Positions 57,800 through 64,000 of a DNA stretch of 64,000 bases are shown here, in pieces. The stretch comes from Eledone cirrhosa (Eukaryota). Numbering within the stretch: the first letter of the stretch is position 1; every line of letters begins with the position of its first letter. The DNA is taken from the NCBI GenBank assembly GCA_964016885.1, contig OZ024743.1, forward strand, positions 225,370,001-225,434,000. The letters run 5' to 3'. The notes beneath the pieces are model-generated. The model saw only the letters and a program-made list of their open reading frames with translations. It made no database searches and had not been told where the DNA came from. A program made the translations under genes and the position numbers.

Positions 57800-58260
57800 A
57801 GCCAAAGCTGGAACTGAAAATCAACCCAAAACGAATGGTAGGATGTCCCATTCTGAAGAAATTATTCTGTTTCCCATGTCTGTTATTTTGTCAACATAAG
57901 AACTAATGAACAACTACCAGCTACTGTGAGTTGAACAATTTAATTACAGCTTTGACAAGACAAAAAATTCTCAGAAATATTTGAATTCTGTAATTGCTCT
58001 GAAAACATTTAGTTGACAATGTTTCTGACCATACCTGCCATATCTTCTTCCTATGAGAGATCGTTTTCTTCATTAAAGCAAGTAAATAAGTATATGCAGA
58101 GTTCTCAAAGTGAAGAGAGATTGAGTAATTTGGTCTTCAGTTCCATGAATAAAGACATTTTGAAGAAAATGAAGGTAGAGCATGATGCTGCTACATTTTA
58201 TAGCAAAGTGATCAATGAATTTGTCAAAAAGAAAAAGAATTGAACTGATTTACAAATAAA
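57800..58260 (+). pseudogene. Internally deleted hAT transposase remnant
   Basis: KLFCFPCLLF (TTF-type zinc-finger-like) and FLTIPAISSSYERSFSSLK...EERLSNL (hAT dimerisation domain). Confidence 0.7.
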
Positions 58261-58617
58261 TTTGAAATATCTTATTATTTGTAGGTTTAATCATTTTTTC
58301 AGATTTCTCTTGTAACCAATAAGTGTCATCATGGTAGGCCCATTGCCAAGGTGTTACTAATGGGGAGACATCAAGTGCAGTGTAGAGGGGCATCAAGCCC
58401 AAAGTGTGACCCGTTTGTAGAAGTGCATTTTTTCACATTAAAATTCATATCATATTCACAGATGAGAGGGGTGAATAATTTTGCTAAGCGGAGAGTAAGG
58501 CTCTACAGCCCCATTCTCTGCCATGATGATTGGCCTGCCTCATGGACTGCATGCCCTACTTTCCAAGTCACCCTTCCCCATTGATATATATGTATGTATG
58601 TATGTGTGCATATAGAA

Positions 58618-58940
58618 ATAATCGGGCTGGATACCTGATTGCGCGGTTAAGCCACTGGGAGTAAAGGACCCCCTAGCCTTTGTCAGGGCATTCTTCTAGG
58701 AGAAGGCAACTCAGGAAAGTGGGATAACTCCAACATAAAACCTGTGGCTCAATAGTTACTGATGATCCCTTCTTTTCGGGTTATAGCTACTGTCGCTCAG
58801 AGAGTGGGATTGGCTCAGTGCACAGTCTTTTCTCACTTTAAAAAAAATTCACACACAGGCATTGCACGATAGAATTAATCAATAATTATTAATAATGTTA
58901 TATCGTGCAATGGCCATACTCGATAACAAGGCAGCCATCA
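58618..58940 (+). mobile_element. SINE-like family C, related subfamily
   Basis: Reverse complement of 7338-7682. Confidence 0.75.
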
Positions 58941-59614
58941 TGCAATTGGGTAAGGTCGGCTTTTATCACCTCATCCCAGGTCTTCTTGGGTCTTCCCATT
59001 CCACGGCTTCTATTGACTTCTAGTGCTCTGCACCTTTTTATGCAGCTATATATTATATATATTATATAATGTATATGTATTAGCATAATCGAAACCAGTT
59101 ATATTTAATACAATAATTATAAAATTATTCATTTTGTTGAATTAGAGAAACAATAGTCTTTAAATATACTTGTGCATTTTCACCATCACTTTTTAACCTT
59201 TGTTTTAACTATTGTTTCTCTAATTCAACAAAATGAATAATTTTATAATTATTGTATTAAATATAACTGGTTTCGATTATGCTATTACATATACATTATA
59301 TAATGTGGATTGGCAGTATCGGTAGAGAGTTGGACGCCATGCTTTCCAGCATAGTTATGTCCCTTTACGATCTGAGTTCAAATCCCGCCGAGGTTGACTT
59401 TGTCTTTCATCCTTACGGGGTCGATAAAATAAAGTACGAGTAATGCACTGGATAATTGCTGACCTTGTGCCTAAAGTAGAAACAATTATATAATATATAT
59501 AATATATAGCTGCATAAAAAGGTGTAGAGCACTAGAAGTCGATAGAAGCCGTGGAATGGGAAGACCCAAGAAGACCTGGGATGAGGTGATAAAAGCCGAC
59601 CTTACTCAATTGCA
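58941..59614. repeat. Fold-back inverted duplication (~217-bp arms) including an RTE 3' fragment; SINE A inserted in the right arm
   Basis: 58941-59157 vs 59208-59614. SINE 59305-59484 has TSD ATTATATAAT. Confidence 0.9.
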
Positions 59615-59727
59615 CCTCTCAAAGGCGATCACACACGACCGTGACCTCTGGCGTCACGCAGTAATACAGAAGACCCGACTTCCCACGGGTACAGGCCGAA
59701 GCTGAAGCATATAGACAATATGAGTTA

Positions 59728-59819
59728 TATTGTTAATATTAATATATATATATATATTAATATTGTTAATATTAATATATATATATATTAATATTGTTAA
59801 TATTAATATATATATATTA

Positions 59820-59866
<47 letters not shown>

Positions 59867-59880
59867 TTAATATTGTTAAA
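59728..59880. repeat. AT-rich tandem repeat, TATTGTTAATATTAA(TA)n unit
   Basis: About four copies. Confidence 0.8.
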
Positions 59881-59903
59881 TATATATATATATATATATA
59901 TAT

Positions 59904-62900
59904 ATCATCATCATCGTTTAACGATGCATGGGTTTGGACGGGAGTTTTCCCACTTGAGGCAAGATTGGTTGTCCTGCTCGTACAGGACTGTCTGGCGGGT
60001 TTTCTACAGCTGGAAGCCCTTCCTAACACCAACCAAGTTTACAGTGTGGACTGGGAGGTTTTTACCGTGTTACCTACACGGCCACATTACAGCGTGGACT
60101 GTGTGTTTTTTTTTTTGTTGTGACACCTACACGACCTCATTTGTTTCGGACTGGATGTTGTGGTACCAACATAACTTCACATTTAAGGGGGGTGGGGTGG
60201 ATGAGGTGGTGGTAGTGGGACGGGGGTGTATTTTGTTAGAGGTGCCTACTGACTGTAGGTTTCGCTTTGTACTTAGGCAAGGCGGGTCTTCTGTATGACT
60301 GTGTAGCGCCAAAGATCTCGGTCCAGTGACATTGTCTTGGAGAGGTGTAAGTGTGTGAGGTCGGAATTTATCAAGTCATCCCAGGTTTTTCTGGGTCTGC
60401 CTACTCTGTGGCTACCGTCTATTTTTATCGCCCTGCACTTTTTTATACGGCTGTCATCTTTCATACGCATCACGTGACCGTACCAACGTAGTCTTCTCTC
60501 GAGTAAACAACATCTGATCCCTCTTATTCCTAATTTCTCCCTTAGTTCGTTTATGCTTTGCCGTTCACGTATATTACTATTACACATCCAGCGGAGCATG
60601 CAAGCTTTGTTTCTCTCCAGTCTGTGTATATCCTCTGCACACAATGCCCAGGTCTCATTGCCATGTAACATTGCTGTTCGTATGCAGGCATCATACAGCC
60701 TGCCTTTCATTTTTAGAGAGAACACTTTAGCGGCCAATAGTGGTATAAGCTCTCTGAACTTTTTCCATCCCGTTCTGACTCTAGCTACTGTACTTTCAGA
60801 GCACCCTCCACCACTGCTGATTTTGTCACCCAGGTAACGGAAGCTGTCCACTATTTCTATAGAACCATCTGGGCAATGGAAGGAGCTAGTATCCTATGGG
60901 CACTTGCTTCTACTTATTGCACCTGAGCACCGGCCACGTATAAAATCTATGTTCTTAGTTAGCTTACCTGTGATCCCACTACATCTTTTATGCACCCATA
61001 TTTTGCATTTGGGACATAAAATGGAGTTTCTGCCTACTCCTTTCCTACACACTGAGCATGGCCATTTCCCAGATGGGACCGGTGCCCTATTTTCCTTCCT
61101 ACAAACTAGAACTTTAGTCTTAGACAAGTTAACTTTAAGGCCTTTTGATTTTAGGCCATGCTTCCATGTTTGGAATTTCTTCTCTAGTTCAGCCATTGAT
61201 TCAGCTATGAGCGTTAGATCGTCTGCATATAGGAGTTCCCATGGGCAGCCGGTCTTGAACTCCTGTTATAGCCTGAAGGGCAATAATAAATAGTAGGAGG
61301 CTAAGATGAACACCAACTTTTACGCTAAACTCTTCACTATATTCGTTGTTAATTCTAACCTTGCTGACTGTTTCTTTATACATGGCTTGTATAGCTCCCA
61401 CAAGCCATTCATCAACACCTAGTTTTCTAAGCGCCCACCAGATAATGGAGCGGGGGACTCTGTCAAAGGCTTTCTCCAAGTCAACAAAAGCTAAGTATAG
61501 GGGTTTACTTTTAGCTAGGTACTTCTCCTGTAGGTGTCGTACAATGAAAAGAGTGTCTGTGGTACTTTTACCTGACACAAACCCGAACTGCATTTCATAT
61601 AGATCAATTCGTTCTCTGATTAGTTGCGCTATTACTTTTTCTGTGACCTTCATGACCTGGTCGATTAATTTAATGCCTCTATAGTTACCCCTATCAAGAG
61701 CATCTCCTTTACCCTTGTAGCAGTTAATGATGATGCTGCTACGCCAGTCCTTCAGAACGGCCCCATTCTGTATGACTTGGTTTACTATCCGGGCGACCAT
61801 AGTGTGTCCCACCGTTCCAGATGCTTTCAGCATTTCAGCAACTATTTCCGAAGGCCCAGCCGCCTTACCCGTCTTCATATCTTTGATTGCCTTACTTATT
61901 ATACTACCTTCAACTAGCACTGCTGGTCCCTCTATTGGATCGATGTGGGGGAGACTGTCTTTCATCCATTTATTCTCCTCATTTAGTAGCCTTTCGTAGT
62001 GACACTTCCAAGTTACCTTCTTATCAGCGTCAGTGATGGCAAGTACACCATCATCATTAAGGACACACTTCTCCCCGACAATATCACGGTTTTCCTTGAC
62101 ACATTGCCTAGCAATCCTGAACACTTCACGTTTTTGGTCCTCGCGTTGTAGAACATGCTTGAACTTTCTTTCCTCTACTTCCCCTCTTGCGAAGTACACT
62201 TGTCTCCTAGCTTCCCTCCTGGCCACTTGATAGTCTTCTCTACTTTCCCCATCCCACCATACTTTCCAAGCCTGCTTTTTGGCCTTAATTGACTCCTCCA
62301 CTTTACTGTTCCACCACCATGTTACTCTCCTCCTGCCTATAGGCTTGCTCCAGCCACAGATTTCATCTGCTGCCTTCAGCAGGTTAGCTTTCAGGAATTC
62401 CCACTGTTCCTCTATATTGTACGACTCTAATTGCTCTTCCTTACTGTCGTAAGCATCAAGTAATATGCTTTTAAATTTATTACTGGCTGTGGGGTCCTTT
62501 AGCTTCCATATTTTTCTCCTGAGGATAGTCCTCTTCTGTTGTCTAGTACGTCTCGTCCTGACTATGAGGTCGCTAATTAGCAGTCCATGTTGGGAGTTGC
62601 ATTCTTCATGGGGGAGGGATTTAGTGTTTACAACAGACACTCTATCACGTCTTCTGGTAAGGATATAATCTATCTGACTGGCGTTTTCCCCTGATCTATA
62701 GGTGATCAAGTGATTGTCTCGTTTTTTGAAGTTAGTGTTACAGATAGTTAGGTTATTTGCATCGCAGAATTCCAAGATTCTGGAGCCTTCCTCATTTCTA
62801 GTACCAAACCCATAGCCTCCATGGATTCCGTCATAGCCGTCACAATGTTGTCCAACGTGACCATTTAGGTCGCTAGCAATAATTATGTAGTCACTGTCGG

Positions 62901-64000
62901 TTATTTGGGAGGTAGTGAGCATCAATATCTCATAGAATCTGTCTTTTATAGCGCCAGGCAGTCCGGATTGGGGTGCATACGCAGATAGTACTGTCACAGT
63001 AGTTCTATTTAGGACAAGTCTTATTTTAATTATTCTGTCGTTCACTCTATTTACGTCTATTATCTTATCTACCCATTTTTCTGCTAACATGATTCCTACC
63101 CCACCCAGCCCACTTAAATTTCCCACCCAGAAAAGCTTATAGCATCGTTTTTTACCCACAATTAATCTAGCAGACCCACCCTTCCACCTGGTCTCTTTGA
63201 TACAGCAAACATCAACCTCCTTACGTTCAAGCATTTCTACAACCTCGTTAGAGTGACCTTTTAAGGTGCCTACATTCATGGTACCAACTCTGAAGTTTTG
63301 GATTGCGTTTGGTGGGTGAGAACGGTGGGGCGCGGGGAGGGGTGAGGGAGATGGGGGTTGGGGTTATGTTGGCCATCCGCGGCCGAAACAAAGAGGAGCA
63401 GTCCTTGTCTTTTCGTCCGGCAGCATGTGGTGAATTTGTCTTTATCTTTGGCATTGTCACTGAGTGTCCAGAATTTTCAGACTCTCCAGAATTCCATAGT
63501 CCATCCATCATATCGGCAAGCAACCAGAAGTGATAGCATAGGCCGTTGACTTATGATTGGTCTAATAATAATGGTGGAGAGTGCGGTGGGTGGGAGGGGT
63601 ATGGGGTAGTTAGCGATAACAGTAATAATAAGCATATAACAGTAATAATAAGCGAATAATGGAGTTTTAAAATACAAGAAGATTATTTAGAAACAACCAG
63701 ACAGAATTATAGAATAGCATTGAGAGAGAGCAAAAGATTGGATTCTGGGCGATGATACGGATATATGAATGAATGGACCGATAGGCTGGAGAGAGATAAG
63801 AAAAATGGCACTTACATTACACTTCACAGGGGACGACGAGGTCTGACCATTAATAAGCGTTGACAAATTCTGAGATTCGTACCTCGTAACAGGTTTATTT
63901 ATATTTGGTGAGAGAAGGGAGTGATTGAAAGGATGAACTAAACTAGCCGGCGCGTAATACGATATAGTGGGGGGGGGGGGTAAAGATTAAGAGGGACAAG
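59904..64000 (-). mobile_element. RTE-clade LINE, near full length, defective; 5' end may lie beyond the window
   Basis: ORFs 61201-63279, 60894-61196 and 60273-60851; small deletions near 61263 and 61305; (GAT)n tail. Confidence 0.93.

Noticed and set aside
56385-58583. Possible outer ends of the hAT element (CAGGGG... / ...CCCCATTG, shared CTGCATGCC.TACTTT)
   Set aside because: TIR match is weak and no 8-bp TSD can be told apart from the (TA)n flanks.
63800-63860. Possible HDV-like ribozyme in the RTE 5' UTR (GACCTCGTCGTC on minus)
   Set aside because: I could not assemble P1/P2/P4 pairing by eye, and the string is not shared with the other full-length copy.

Overview
AT-rich eukaryotic DNA made almost entirely of repeats. 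It is most likely an octopus or other cephalopod intron or intergenic region; this is inferred from the kilobase (TA/CA)n arrays and the repeat families and was not verified. No host gene is clearly supported, and the long Y/I/H/T/C/V/M-rich ORFs are microsatellite artefacts. Contents: (1) about 7 copies of one young RTE-clade LINE, two near full length but frameshifted, with a C4HC3 PHD-like finger inside the RT; (2) two Penelope-like elements (Naiad-like RT plus GIY-YIG) with inverted terminal duplications; (3) a DD37D (maT) Tc1/mariner element; (4) CRE-like, CR1-like and hAT remnants; (5) piggyBac-type TTAA MITEs; (6) at least three SINE-like families. The most notable hidden signal is a set of type I hammerhead ribozyme folds read directly from the sequence, in about five apparently unrelated short elements (11268-11318/16558-16608, 2354-2394/23144-23182, 21914-21978, 56152-56194, and degenerate 2775-2815/54851-54882). 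These elements sit in or next to (TA)n tracts and are often built as direct repeats or fold-back palindromes. This suggests a diverse population of Penelope-driven, retrozyme-like elements that target and carry microsatellites. Most repeat boundaries were read by eye and are approximate.
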